Shown here in pieces: positions 13,109 to 26,825 of a DNA stretch of 64,000 nt (positions within the stretch are counted from its first letter, which is position 1; every line of letters begins with the position of its first letter). Under the pieces are notes generated by a model that was not told the DNA's origin, made no database searches, and saw nothing but the letters and a program-made list of their open reading frames with translations. Both the position numbers and the translations under genes were made by a program. Source of the DNA: Klebsormidium nitens (taxonomy: Eukaryota > Plantae > Klebsormidiophyceae); contig DF237201.1 of the NCBI GenBank assembly GCA_000708835.1, forward strand, positions 1-64,000, given 5' to 3'.

Positions 13109-14237
13109 CTTTTGTTGAACACCAACACTCCAAGGTTGATACCCTTTCTTGCACCGCCACCCCCAACAAAATTTCAATCTTCCGTGTGCTTCCAGCGATG
13201 AAGAATTCTTACTTAGGCCCCCTAGATGATGGCGACGCCAAATAGCAGTAGACTTCGCGAACTTCAATGCAGGAGCAGTTTCTGAAGGCGCTTTCTCCTC
13301 AAACTCAAAGCTCAATACATGCAGATTCAATTGAACTTCAATTTGAAAGTGTTTAGCTAGCTGGGCCATCGAAGCCGCGGCCGCCTTACGTCGTGGTGCG
13401 CGCTCGAGGTTGGGCGCGGGTAGGTAAGGAAATAGCTTGGAGGTTCTCACACCGTCCGATGAATGAGGTCACGACCGACCACCGTCGGTTTCAACTGCCG
13501 CCAGATTGGTGGCTGACTAGTGCCTGACTTCGTTCAAGGCACAATTGGTACAGATGTTACAGTAGGTAGTATACCGGTACCTACATAAAGGATTACCTAC
13601 GGTAACCCACTGCGGTTCTCTTTAGGTTTACCCTGTTAAAATTGCACATTGCATTGCATATCCTATGTCTGCTTTCTCTATCTTTTGTTACAATCGCAGA
13701 GGCGCACTGAGGTAGGCAGCTTTGGAGTCTAGGTTGAAGAGGAGAGCCCTGCGGCTAGCCTCTAGGGAACTTAGACAATGTGGCGGGCGGAGTAAGGGCA
13801 TCAGAAGGATGTCAACAGCATGAATGCAGCTGCAGGCGTCACAGCGTATGCATCATGCGGCCAGCTCACCCTGCGACAGTGAGGTAGTCAGCTGGTAGCT
13901 CCGAGGGGTGACTTTGGGTCCTCGCGCTGAGCTCTTTAGCGCTAAAGGAGGCCGGGGAAAGACAAGATACGCGCATCTGTGGTCCAGCTCTTAGAGAGCG
14001 TGCTTTGAGATTGCCAGTTCTTCAGAGGGGGCTAAGACTTTCATTTTCTACTGATAGAATAGAGTCTGTTGAAAAGAGGAGTTTGAATGTGCGCCGAACC
14101 AGAGATACTGCATGTGCACAATGAATGCAGCTCATTAGCCTGATGCGCCGAACCGGGGCCAAACCCCGCCCGTAAACGTGACTGGCTGACATTGGGCTGC
14201 AGATAGTGCATAAGAGGATAGCTGGATGAGAGTTGAG

Positions 14238-17200
14238 ATGGCTACCGGTGCTTCGCAAAAGCTCCGTTTCACGGTGGAGTCTGCCTCGGGAGAGGTAAGA
14301 TGTTCTCTCTGCTTTGATTAGCGAGTGCTATAATCGGCACTGTTTTTAATAAGTTGACGCTTTGAACAATATGCGCTGAACTTCTGCTTGACAAAGTGTA
14401 TTAACACAGAAGAAACCCTAGTTCAGCGTGGGGCTTCTATGTTCAAGAGCTCAATTAACGCAGCGCAGTCGAATCTATAAGGACTCTTGCTTCCTTGCAA
14501 ATGCAAGCTTGAAAAACGACATGTCCTTCAGTCGCACAGCAAACACCGACGTTTTCACCGCTTCTGATTAAGCTTAAGCCAAAGCCAGCACTATTGCAAG
14601 TAGAAGCAGCATCGCCCCCGTCAGAATTGCTGCCACTCAACAGCACCCCAGAACTATTTCATGCAGAGCTCTGTTTGGAAGAACTTCGAATCAAGCCGTC
14701 CTCTTTATAAAAGATACCCGCTAGTCTGTGCACTGGAATTCTGCCTTCACACCACCCACGATCAAGGGCAACTGGACTCAATCTTGAGTGCGTGCTAGAA
14801 AAACACTTAACGACTAGGCAGTCAGTCGAACAATCTACCCACGATCCATATCAATGCAGGATCCAGACTACCCCGCCAAAGAGCTCAACTTCCACAGCCC
14901 CCACACAAAAGGATGGCAAAGCCCCCGCTTCTGCAAGTTCCCGCAGGAGCTCATTCTGCAGCTCGACAAGCCGGCGCAGGTGCACCAGATCCAGCTCCTG
15001 TCGCATGAGTTTAAGGTGAGCGCTTGGGGACGCTTTCTGAGAATTGGCTGAGAGAACCAGTGCTGGGACCACCCGTTGAATAGAGGGCGTCAAAATTTTG
15101 GCAATGGTCTGCGGTAGCTGATGGTGGTTGGTCGAGCGGACGGCCAAGGCCCCACAAAAGGGGGCGTGGAGAGCATACCGGGTTTGGTTTGCATACGAAA
15201 TGAACATTGAAACGCAATCCGACGCATCCAAAAGTCTGAGGTCAAAAATCGTGCAAGCGGCCAAGGGTCGAAGTGAGCAAATACACATCTTTGGGGCGAC
15301 AAATGAGCGGTTGGAAGAGCACAGTGTTGAAGACAAGTATGCAGAGCATCCGCTGGATTGTCAGGCCGCTGAACTGAGTAGCGCTACAGATGCTGACTTA
15401 ACGCCACTGACTATTGTTGCGCCGGTTCCGCCTGCTCATGGCGATCATGATCAAACAAGAGTGGACGTGTCTTTCCGCACCGGCCAGCGGTGTTGGAGAG
15501 ACCGGTCTAACTCTGCCCTGCTCTAGTTGTCGGCTCGACAGTTTGGCCACTTCCCATTATGACAACGAAGGAAGTGTCGAAGACACCCATGCTCTCCCAA
15601 AAGGACTGTCGTTTCAATGTATCCAGAGAGTCACCTTGTCAGATCGTCGAAGCCTCATCCACCCGCATCAGGCGTTTTCCGCAATGCTGAGTTGACGCTT
15701 CACCTTCAATGCAGATCTCGTGCAAGATCGAAGTATTCGTTGGGCTTCCGCCCCCTGGCATTTTGGACCCGTCGCAATGCCCCCTGAAGCGGTTAGGTTA
15801 TCTCTCGCTCGACCCTAACGAGCGGAGTAATCACCAGGCGCGGGAGCTGAAAAGCGTCCACGTGGATACCCCGGCGCAGGTCATCAAGTTTTTGCTGCAC
15901 AAGTGCCACCCAAACAAGCTCAACATATACAACCAGGTGAGGCTTTGAGGTGCGAGGCTTTTGCGGTGTTCTGGCACAAGCCCTTGGCGACATTTGAGTT
16001 GTTCCAGTCCCACCAGGACAAGACCAACGTTGAAGAACTTGGATCTAGGGTGTTTCGGTTTGTGCACGATCCACCAATGCAATTCCTGGATCAGTCTGCA
16101 CACGTGGTGACTCGATTTGAAAGCAACAGAGCAACGCCTCAAACAGCTCACGCCACAAAATAGACGCTCAAAGTGCGCTCGCGGCTGCCATTGGATCCTG
16201 TTGGTGCTGCACACGCTCCACAATCTAGAGCGAGGGGAGACTGCGACATGGCGTTCTTGGGAGCTGCTCGAAAGAATCTCCTCTCTTTCGTAAATCTTGA
16301 TAGATCTTAGTCGATCCCTCAAGCCGCTCAAATCTTTTGCCGAATCAAGTGCACATGTCAAGCACTTGAAGAAAGCAGCGACCTTTTGCTCGTCAACAGG
16401 TGGGCATCGTCGCCCTGAACATCGTGGGGCAACCGTTAGACGCGGCCAAACTGGCCTTGGCCCAGCAAGCTCTCTTGGGGAGAGCGCAGAACGGGCGGGG
16501 GGGACGAGGTGCGCCGCCAGAAGACCCCTTGCTAGAAAGCGTGGACGCAGTGACGGCGCAACAGCTTAGAGAGGTAAGAAAACAAGGCTTTAATGTTACA
16601 AACCGCGGACTGTACTCCCTACTTGATGTGAACTAAAAAAGATGGCAAATAGTGGAGTTACTCTAGTTGCTGAGTGCCGCCAAACCACCCCCTGTTAGAG
16701 ATTTTGGATGCGGTGACGGCGCAACAGCTGAGGGAGGTGAGAAGCAGGATTTCTTCTGTCTGGGCTATGCTGTGACCTAAAGGCGTTGGTCAAGATCAGG
16801 ATAGGGCGTTGCGCCGTTCTGCTGATTGCGAATAGGTTCCTCAAGACCGCCCTCGTCGCGATAGCTCGCTCACATTGATTTGTTTTAAACGAGGAGTGCC
16901 CCATTGATCCCGCTCTTGATATTCAGCTTTCTGGAGTGTTGTAGCTTGAAATCTCCTGGCGGAATCGTAACGAGAACAAAGATACAACGTGAAATATAAC
17001 CAACATAAGATGAACTCATTGGCTCCCCCCGGTGATCCAGATTTTCAACCCTGCCTTCAACCCCTCTCTTGCTTCCACAGCCGCTCGCGCAGAATACGCG
17101 GCTGTCCGCAACGAATTTTGCAACGAAGCAAAATCGAAGCAGGTCACGATCGGTCGTTTCTGGGTCCTCTTTACTCACCTCTTTGTCCACTCACCTTTCT

Positions 17201-20200
17201 CTGACCAAGTGTTCCATCTTCGCCTCTCCCCAGTTGCTCGCGCAAAAAGACGCAGCGGTAAGGAACGAAGATTACGACGAGGCCACAACGGCACAATCAT
17301 ACATCATCGCTTCGTGCCCTCTTTGCTTAGTGCTCACCTCTTTGTTCAGTCAGCTTTTGCTGACCAGTTATATCTTCTCTTCCCAGTTGCTCGCGCAAAA
17401 AGACGCAGCGGTAAGGAACGAAAACTACGACGAGGCCAAACGCTAAGGTCATAATGGAACGTTTTTGTGCCCTCTTTGCTTATGTCACCCTTTTTTAAAC
17501 ATGTTTTCGCCTCCTTTCAGTTGCTCGCGCAAAAAGACGCGGCTGTTCGCAACGAAGACTACGACGAGGCCAAACCGCCAAAGGTCATGATCGATTGTTT
17601 CCGTGCCCTCTTCGCTTGTTTCTCACCTCCCTTTTGGTCCATTGTCTGAACATTCTCCTCGCCTCCTTTCAGTTGCTCGCGCAGAAAGACGCAGCGGTAA
17701 GGAATGAAGACTACGACGAAGCCAAACGGCTCAAAGTCATCATCGACCGAGTGCGCGCCTTCGGGAACCAGGTCGCCGTTTTGGAAGCCCGAAAGCAAGC
17801 CGCGGTCGACAGGGAAGACTACGACGCGGCGAAAAAGATAAAGGAAGAGATCGATGCGCTGCGGAGCAAAGAGGGGGGCCTTGTACCGCTAGAGGGAGGA
17901 GGGGGGAGAACGGCGTTTGAGAGTCTGAGTCTGAACGAGGCGAGCGTGACGAGGCCCGATCCGGAGACTGTGTTCAACAGGTGGGAAGTTTCTCACGCGT
18001 CCTGTCAATACATTCATCTTGGATGGGCAGTTTGCTTTCGCGATCCTTTTACAAAGGAGGTACAACGGACTAGGGACTCGAGAAGGACAATCCGCGGTCT
18101 CAGGCGTGATGTCCATTCTGTTTTTCCCCTGTCAGTTGAAAGCAGGAGTGTAAAGATTGTTAAACAAGGAATTAAGAAATGAGCATCGCGCATCGCATAT
18201 CGGACGTGCGTCAAATATAGAGAAGTCTTGCTCTTACCAAAAGAGCATCAAGAATAAAATCGAATCAGATACGAGGATGTCAACCCCAGATGCGCACACT
18301 TGCAGAGTCCTCCAAAGCGGTAGAAACTCTCGGCCAGAGAACGAGGACCCCGAGCCCCCGTCCGAGTCGTACGCTTCGGACGCCCCTCCTGGCGACCAAC
18401 TCTCGGATCCGGACAGCCCCGCGTCGCCCAGCCTTCAGCGGACGCTGTCCAATTCGTACGACGACCGACCAATCAAAGGCGCTGCGTCCGCAAACGGGAA
18501 TGGGTACGATTTGATGGTAAGTGCCGGGACAGATCGACACATGATACGGAGTGTGATTTGGAGGGAAGCATTCAAGCTTCGTGTGGTAGTTATGACGACC
18601 AGATGAATGGAGTGCGCCGGAGATAAATGCCGGTGGCCACTCGGTGACTTGGTTTTGAATGAAGTTGTGAGCCTCCAATCTGGTAAAGGAGCATAGGAAG
18701 CGAGAAGATCAATTGGGCTGAATCAGTTCTTCTGTGCGTAGCGGTACTCGGAGAGTTCTAAGGCGCAGCCATGCATCATCATACGCTCATTTCTGGGCGC
18801 GAGCCATTGTAGCCAGTGCGTGCCTTTGGAAGCTCCACCGCATATCGACGAGGATCATAATAGGGCGAAGCCGTCACGCGCCAATCGTAGAACTTACTGG
18901 CAACTCATTCTTTCCAGAACGAAGTCGAGCCTGGAAAGCAACGAGAGATGGACGTCGTGATTTATCTTGGCTTCCGCACAAGGTCGCCATATAAGCCGTC
19001 GACGAGTTCCAGATTCTTCCAGAAGGCCTCTTAGAATACACTCAGTCGCACTTTCCCGTAACGCAATTATTGTCATTCATCCTACTCTGTTTTGCGGTTC
19101 GTGCTTATATCATCCGTGACGTCATCCTTGCAGGAGGAGAACGGGGGGCCGGACCCCCTCGACCTCGCGAATCGCGACAAGGCGCGGCGCGACTCGGGGC
19201 GCACCGCGGCCGCGTCGGGAAGCACCGGGCCGCGGAAGCAGTGGGGAAAGCCGACGGCTTCACCCGGTTCGTATACCCCCATCGTACCCCCATCGCCCTT
19301 TCCAAGTTTAATCCCTTTCCCTCAGCTAAAGCTTACTTACCCTTTAGACACTTGCGTTCTCCGTTCCATATTGTTCGACACCGCCATGACAGCTTTGTGC
19401 GTGCCGGAAGGAGTGGGGAGAGCGTGGGGTTGCTCCCCGTACAGTTTTATATTCTTGCGCGTTCGCATAGCGAAATGAATCTCTCCTGAAAGTCGAAGCG
19501 AGAGAAAGGTGGCCATCCAAAGGACTTCCGATACAAAAGGCATGTAACAGCACGTCTCAGTATGGGCGCGGGGGCGATGGACTGTGCCCTTCCGCTGACT
19601 TGAACGGCCGAAGGGAGGATTGGCGGAACTTCCGGAACGTCGAGAGGTGAAAAGCCTGAAAGATGTGGTGTGAATACTCGCAGGGCTGGATGACGTGGGC
19701 AGCGAGCCGACGTCACCCACGTCTCCGCTGCCGCAACGGCCGGACGGGATCTCAGCGGAACTTCCGGAACCGGAACGGCAGAACGGAGAGGTGATGAAGC
19801 AGAATGCGGCGCTGGTGACGGCGGTCGGGGAATACACTGCGCTCTGTATCCTGTCAAAGGTAAGGAACGATTCCGAAGGCCGGCTCCAGATTCCGTTCCG
19901 TCGCTTCTGATGGTTCCGGTGGTTCCGGCGGGGTCCCTTTTGAATGTACTTTGTGCGCAGGTGACAGCGTTGGACGATGATTTTCGCTTGCAAATGCAAA
20001 AGAATGGAACAAAAAGCGCACTTTTAGATGGAATATCGAGAGTACCTTTTGTTCTGCAAACGACGTGTAGCCCAGACTCTTGGAATAAAGAATGTCTTAC
20101 CTCGCAGATCTGGCAGAATCTTACATCCTTGCTCTGCGATTCTCGCAAATACAGACCGTCGAGAAAACAAAAAAACGGGCAAATAAACGGTAGAATATAT

Positions 20201-23200
20201 CCGGACCGTAAACCAAAATGTCTTTTTTTCTTTCTCGCCGCGCAGAGCTGGCAGCTCCGCGACGCCGCCTTCCAAAAGCTCCTCAAGGACCTCGCGGGGG
20301 GGTCATTTCCCGCGGACGGCGCCCCCCTGTTCCGGGGCCTCGTCAAAGCCACGCTCAAAGGCCTAAACGACAAAGTCGCGAGCGTGTTTTTCAACGCCAT
20401 CCCCCTCGTTCGTGGCCTATTCACATCGTACGCTTCGGAAGCGTCCGCGAGGGACGTCCAAAACTGCAGCGGGGAAATTATCGGGGCCCTGTTGGAGCGG
20501 GGGTTGTCGGACTCAAACGCTAGGGTGCAGACTGCGTCGAGCGAGACGTTGCAGTGGCTGGCGGAGCGGAAGGAAGTGGGGCCGGCGGCGGTGGTGGGGC
20601 CGCTGCTCAGACCCGTCAAGAGTCAGGTCAGCGGTCTTCACACTTCAGTTCCTCGTTCTAGCTTTTTTTACTGCGTTTACACGCGCATAGTCCTCCTTTC
20701 ATTACCTTGTTCATGAGTTTCCGGTTCCTGCAGTAGCTGAGACCGTTCAAGAGTTTGGTGTGTTCTCCGGCGATGCTCTCCTGAAAATGTTTCATTTCGA
20801 CGAGCTTTTTGCACGCCCCTTTCAGCACTTGCAGCCAGTAAAAGTCCCTATGCTTTTCTAAGTTTTATTCCACTGAACTCCTTTTGGGTCTGCCCCATCG
20901 TCTTTCTTTGAAAGCGTGCGTAAGAGCCAGAATGGCTGCCGGGAACTTTTCTGTGCCCTTCTTCGTTATTTTGTCGTTTTCGTTTGTTGCCTGTCCTACT
21001 CAACTTTGTTGCAGCCGCAAGCAGTGTGCAAAACTTCGCTCTTGTTCTGAGAGTTTCTGTGCGCCTCACAAAGCACACGAAGCCTCTACGACTTGGCGCG
21101 TCTCGTCATCAGTTTCCCCACAATTTCTCTCCTCCTCCTTCAAATCAATCAGTTTGTGATTCCACGAAGCTTGTCACATCGATCCAAGAACTAGTTTCCA
21201 GATATTCCTGTCTGATTTCTTCCCCACAGGCGCAGTGGAAGATGGTTCTCGGACGCCTGACGCTGCAACAAGCGTTCCTTCAGACGTACGGCCTTTCGCC
21301 CTCGTCCAAAAGCGGCCTTCCCGTCGACCAGCTCATGAAGTTCGTCTGCGATTCGTTCGCGAGCGCAAACGGCGAGGTGCGCGCGCAGGCCACCGCGGTA
21401 ACCGTCCACGTGTACCGGTTGATAGGGACCGGGGTCGAGCGGTACCTGTCCGGTCTGAAACCGGTCGTTCGGGAAGCGCTGTCGTCCGAATTTGAGAAAG
21501 CGGACAGTCAGGCGGCGTCTGGGGGGGTGGTAATCGAAACGAAACGGCGGTCTAGCATAGGGGGGATCAGCGAAGGTAACTTGCAGGGGGCGGGGATCGT
21601 ACCCCCCGGAAGGAAAAAGGCGTCGCAGCCAGGGAAGAGTCAGCCCGGGGGGGATCCCCCGGCCACGAAAAAGGCGAAAGCGCCCCCCCAAAAAAGGAGA
21701 GATCTCGAGGGGGGGCATCCGGAAGGCAGTCCTAGACCCCCGGGGCATTTGGTAAAGAAGCACGCGCATGGGAAGCACTCGGGGAAGCACTCCGGGGAGG
21801 GGGGGGACGAGGGAAGGGGGCATGGGCCAAGGCCGAAGGTAAGGTCGGAAAGCAACAAAAGAGCTTTGTAGTCATGAAAATATGTACCTTCGCTTTGCTG
21901 ATTTCACATGGAGGTGCACGTGCGGAACAAGTAGACCTCTGTTTTTCACAAGTGGAAGAAAGGTGGATAGCGTCCGATGGGCACCGCTCAACCGAGACGA
22001 AGCCTTTGTTAGCGCGTATACGCTTTGCCATACTTTGTGATTAGCAGCTTTCGAGCGGGGGTTTGCCTCCGCTTGTCAAGTGTCACTCTGTTGCCCATGA
22101 TTGGGTTGAAGCTTTGTGTTCCGTTACGGATTGGTGTCTGCTTTTCTCGTCTAGCAGCTCGTATACACAGATCAAAGAATCACGTCTTCAATTCTGCCCC
22201 ACTCTTCATCCAATTGATCTTCAAAGTCACCCCTCACTCCGTTGGATTGATATGTGGCCCTTCTCCAATCTTTGGAAACCGCAAAGCCTACTCGTTTTTT
22301 AAAGTAGATTCGTCACTACTACACCATCAAAACCTCTGTTTGTAGTGTCGCACGATTCTTTGCTCACTGTGTTAACCGTTGCGTAGATCAACCTTATCAC
22401 CAGTTCAATCTCAAAACTTCGAGAATTTACCTTGTCACACACCCCGTCCTTACTCTTTTAACCGCCTCTCCCGCAGACGTCAGCCCACCCCCCGCCCACC
22501 GAAGAAGACGCCGAGGAAGACGGTCCGACCGACACGTGCCAGTTTTGCGGCGTGGTAGACGAGCGGTTTCTTACGGGCGAGACAATGGACCTCCACTTCT
22601 TCCAAGAGTGTCCGATGCTTTGCAGCTGCGACGAGTGCGGCCAAATCGTCGAGATCGCGTCGCTGACGGAACACCGGCTCGAAGAATGCGAGGTGCGAAC
22701 AGTCAGAGAGCGTCATCAAGTGTGTCTTTGAACTGAGTTGAGCTGGTGTCTCAAGGCCGGGTTTTCAGTCCCTCTGCTATATGATGGGTTCCTTCTTGTT
22801 GTCGTTCTGGGGTCCGAATGTTCCTCAGAAGCCGCCTATTCCGACGTTTATGTGCAAGTTTCCTCTTTTCTTCGAGGACGTCGGTTGCTGAGGATCCGCT
22901 CGAGGGGTGCAAGGCCTGTGGGAGTCTTCGTAGAAACCCCTTCTTCGGTGAACGAGGTTTTGTCCCAATGATCTCCTCGGCAGCATGACTGATTTCGCTT
23001 CTGGGCAACGTATTACCAGCCCGTCAATCAAGGCCAACGACATCTCCGCATCGACGTCCGACTAGCAGCAATTAGAAGAAATTGAAGTTCCGTTACGTAA
23101 CCCGTCACAGTTGTTAACAAACGCAGAAGGGCTCCCTTTTACATCTTGAATCCAAGAACGAAGGTCTGCGAAGAACCCCCTGCATCGCCCATGAAATGCG

Positions 23201-23500
23201 GCTCAAATCCTGCCAATGAGAATTCGTCCACAGTCAGGTCTTGCTTCCGTCTGAGCCAGTCCCTGAGCATCTCCCAACCGTTTTCAGGAGGGAGGTGTCT
23301 ACGCAGAGTGTCCGAAGTGCAACGAGGCCGTCCCTCAGGAAGAGCTGACGCGGCACTCCAAGACCTGCCGCGCCGGCAGCCGTTCGTCTGAGATCGGACG
23401 CTGCCCGTTGTGCCGCGCGGACATACCGGGGGAGGACGGCTGGGCGGAGCACCTGCTCGAGGGGAACGGGTGTCCACGAAACCCGAGAACTGCTCGGTAG
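14238..23500 (+). CDS. CEP104: Centrosomal/ciliary-tip protein CEP104 (FAP256 ortholog)
   Basis: Exons 14238-14294, 14860-15015 (GWQSPRFCKFPQELIL), 15715-15936 (LGYLSLDPNERSNHQARELKSVHV), 16400-16573, 17673-17980 (EDYDEAK repeats), 18306-18516, 19134-~19266 (donor uncertain), 19684-19859, 20246-20626 and 21230-21838 (TOG region), 22477-22692 and 23288-23500 (C-terminal Zn fingers, CQFCG...CPLC). Confidence 0.92.
16689..17750 (+). repeat. Exon-junction duplications in CEP104 intron 4
   Basis: One copy of the exon-4 end plus donor (16689-16745). A ~150 bp-period array of polypyrimidine-CAG plus exon-5 start, with units beginning at 17081, 17234, 17387, 17521 and 17673 (true exon). Confidence 0.9.
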
Positions 23501-24853
23501 ACGACCATAGGGTATGCCGCGAATCTGTAAGATATCTTTGTAAGAAAGATTCATTGTCGGAAAGACGTGTATCAATGCAAGTAGGAAGAGGGTATTGCGC
23601 CCGGAGACGCGTCCGGTAAAACGACAGGAATTTCAATGCAATGGGCAACCGCAAGATGACCGGTTGTACTGCCAGGGCATGTAGAAAGCAAACGATGAAG
23701 CATTCCAGGTGCAAAAACATTCAATCGAAGTTTCGCGCCTGGCCGGCCAGTAAGCTGTCGATGTCTGGCCCTGCTCTATGCAGCCGCTGGGCTGGTAAAG
23801 TGTCAGCGTGATGTTGCAGTCTTTGAACCGGCCATATGTACCCTCCGAATGGGGGAACTATCGTTTATGCAGGTAAGTTCGCGGTATTAGCTTGAGCTCA
23901 TGGTGCATGTGACTCGGAAAGATTGCTATGCATGGTACCACCGGCATATGGGCTTGATCATCTCACTCATTCAGCCCATCATGAAATCAAGATAGATTGT
24001 TGCACATTGGACTCGTCGGAATCGAGAACTCCGGATTGTATCTATGAGTTTGCGACCAGCCAATGTGCGCCGCGATTGTAGTTTCAGATATTTTTGCACA
24101 TGATGCACACATGCATGCTTGATGTAAAATCTGCACCATACGTGTGTGGTGCACGACGTATAAACTTAAGGCGGTTCTTCAAGTCACAATCATTCAATGA
24201 TTACGAACATACGATTCAATGCTTAATTAGCTCAGGGCAAGCCATTTTACGGTCCGGAGCGCTGCCAGCAACTGTGTGCACACATCGGCTAGAAAGCTTT
24301 CTTTGTGCAACAGAGTTTCCGGCCGCGCCGCAGTCTCATTGAATGTAATGATACATGTCATAGACTCAGTCAACAACTTCAGGCTGGCTCTGTACATTAA
24401 AGTGCAATTGAAGAGAGCGACGATAATTATGCGCACAATATGTCGATTGCTTAGGTACAACAGCTCGCACGTACTATGCGTCGGATTGACTCACTGGGCC
24501 AGCTCTCAGAAGTAAAGCCACACGGCGGATATGCTTCAAGAAGCGGGTCATGTAGGTAGGCTAGTAGGTACAGATTATCCTGGAGGCTGTCAACCGAGCT
24601 TGAAGACAATCTGTATCCAGGATTTGATTTCGTAATGTTTCCTAATGCGGCAGGTAAAGTCCACACACACGCGCCGTCAATAATTGGTAAATTACAGCCT
24701 CTCACACACTCGTATGCTTGCAACTTGAGCCGTGAACACAAGTGTTACTGTGATCAAGACAATCTCGTCTCATCTCAACCCAAAAACACTGAGGAACCCA
24801 ACTCGACCTACGATGCAATCTATCAAAGCAGATTAGGACAGATTGTCATTTAC

Positions 24854-26825
24854 CTATCTGTTCCTCGCTAGTTGCTTCTCGGCGTCAACCAATTCCTCAA
24901 AGATTCTGTCCTTTCTCTTTGCCGGCAGAGGATAGGTGGGGCCGAAGTTGTTGTAGTGACCCGCAACAGCGTTGACTGCCGAGTACACATTGCCGTACGA
25001 GCTCTTGCCAGCAACGGTTTTCTCACGCCTGTACTTGGCAACCCACGCTGCAAAGATACCAAAACATAATCAGCAAGCAGAAGAAGTTTTCAAGACCTGT
25101 TGAAAGCTACAATCACTAGCAAAGCCATGAAGCAGCCAAGACAACAGAGAACCAAACGCCTAATTAAAGCGGCACATTCTGTGTCCTTCCCACGGCTGAG
25201 TGCAGAAACCTACTTGCTATCTGCACCTAAGAACCTAAATATGTTCCTGTCGAGTGGAGCCTACATATCCTACAAACATGGTTCAAGTGTAATCCACTGT
25301 CCTCCCGCATCTGGGTGCTAAGTGTTCGGTTTCCTGCGGCGATACTTGTCTTCCTTTGAATCCATACACAGCTCAAAAACAAAGGTACACGTGGAACCTT
25401 GACACCAGAATTAGAGTAAGTCGTGTTGGCAAGTTCACAGGCACATGCTCTCCATGCAAACTTCACAGTGTCAAAGAGCGTTGCTGATACGTAAACGAAT
25501 TGCGCAAATGCAAAGACTTTTTGCTCGTAGTACGTAGTAAAACACTTGGAGCAACCACCTCAAATACTTGCTGTTATACATGCAAGGAATCGACCATTAA
25601 ACGAGCAATTGAAGTGAAGGTGCTAACTTTCCCACATGTGTTTAGATACTGTAAAGGCGATTTGATGCATACAATAGCAGTACTATAAACCCTAATCTGG
25701 TTCAAGAGCATACTGCGATGCTTGAAGAATGCCGTCTGCTTTTGATGAATGAGAAAAATGCTGAGACAGAGCAAAACATGAGCGAGACTAGAGTTTTTAT
25801 TGCACCTGAGGACCAAGGCTGGGCAGAGACGGACAAACTGCGTCAAGATTATTAAACCCTAAATTACTCTCGCATTGAAGATGGAATCTGAATACAACTA
25901 TAGCGTATAGTGTAAACGACGTTGATGGTCTTAGCGCCCTGGCTCCTTGCCCTTCCCCATGAGGGGACACTGCTCAGAACCTAAGACTCGAAAGGACCTC
26001 CAGACACCAGTACGGAAGTGCCGATTCGCACAAAGCAATCTGCTTGCTGCTGTCACAAGTCATCCTTCTTCAAAGGTGTTCCATTCAACTACTTGGTAAA
26101 GTAAAACCGGCAGCCGCAAAGAGCCACCTCTAACGAAACCAGCCAGCCAATAAGAATGGCGAGGGCCACCAAGGCTCTGTCAGGACTCTTAGCCCAAGCA
26201 AAAGGTTGGCAGAACTCAGCCAATGCAATCGAACCGTCGCATCCAAATAATTCAGTTCCTAGCTTTGCAGCTGACGGGAACTGCAGAAAGAGACCGATGC
26301 TCAACACTGTTGACTGAATAGGCAATGTGGCTTTCAATCACAAAGCTTCTACCGGAAGGATGCAGACATAAGGCCACGCAACCAACCATGCAAACAAGGG
26401 CACAAACCACAGATCACATTGGTCTCTGTCTTACCTGTGGAGTTCTCCAGCAGCGCATTTACTGCATCCGGCTTGGCAGGGTCCTTCTTGTCGAGATCCA
26501 ATGCAGTTCTAATCTGTCCGATTATCGACTTGGTGTCCTCCTTGTACTCTTCCAACTGATCGGCATGCGCCTCTGGCGGAGCAACAGCCCCAACAACAGC
26601 CAACCCTGCGAGCCCTGCAATCAAAGCCTCCCTCCGTCCCAAATGGATCGCTTCATTCTGCTCAGAAGAGGCCTGACACCTGACACCAGCCGGTCTGCTG
26701 TCAGCGATCGAAGAGGGTCTGCATGCAATGGGCATGCAAAACTGCCTCGAAGCGCTTTGCCGCTGCACAACCGCTGTGGGTGACACCAGGGCCCGGCTGG
26801 CAGAGGAAGCGATCGCAGACGCCAT
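24854..26825 (-). CDS. PSB27: Photosystem II repair/assembly factor Psb27, thylakoid-lumen targeted
   Basis: Exon 26825-26435 has a transit peptide, RR motif and AHA cleavage site, then DQLEEYKEDT...ENST. Exon 25047-24854 reads AWVAKYRREK...YSAVNAVAGHYNNFGPTYPLPAKRKDRI...RNR*. Confidence 0.93.

Noticed and set aside
17081-17750. CRISPR-like repeat-spacer appearance of the CEP104 and SPFH intronic arrays
   Set aside because: The repeats are copies of the flanking exon junction, the spacers are homologous to each other, the context is eukaryotic and no cas genes are present.
19447-20619. 390 aa minus-strand ORF
   Set aside because: Antisense shadow of GC-rich CEP104 exons and introns; no recognisable motifs.
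26089-26337. Hydrophobic 82 aa ORF in the PSB27 intron
   Set aside because: No known motif, and the two PSB27 exons already join in phase without it.
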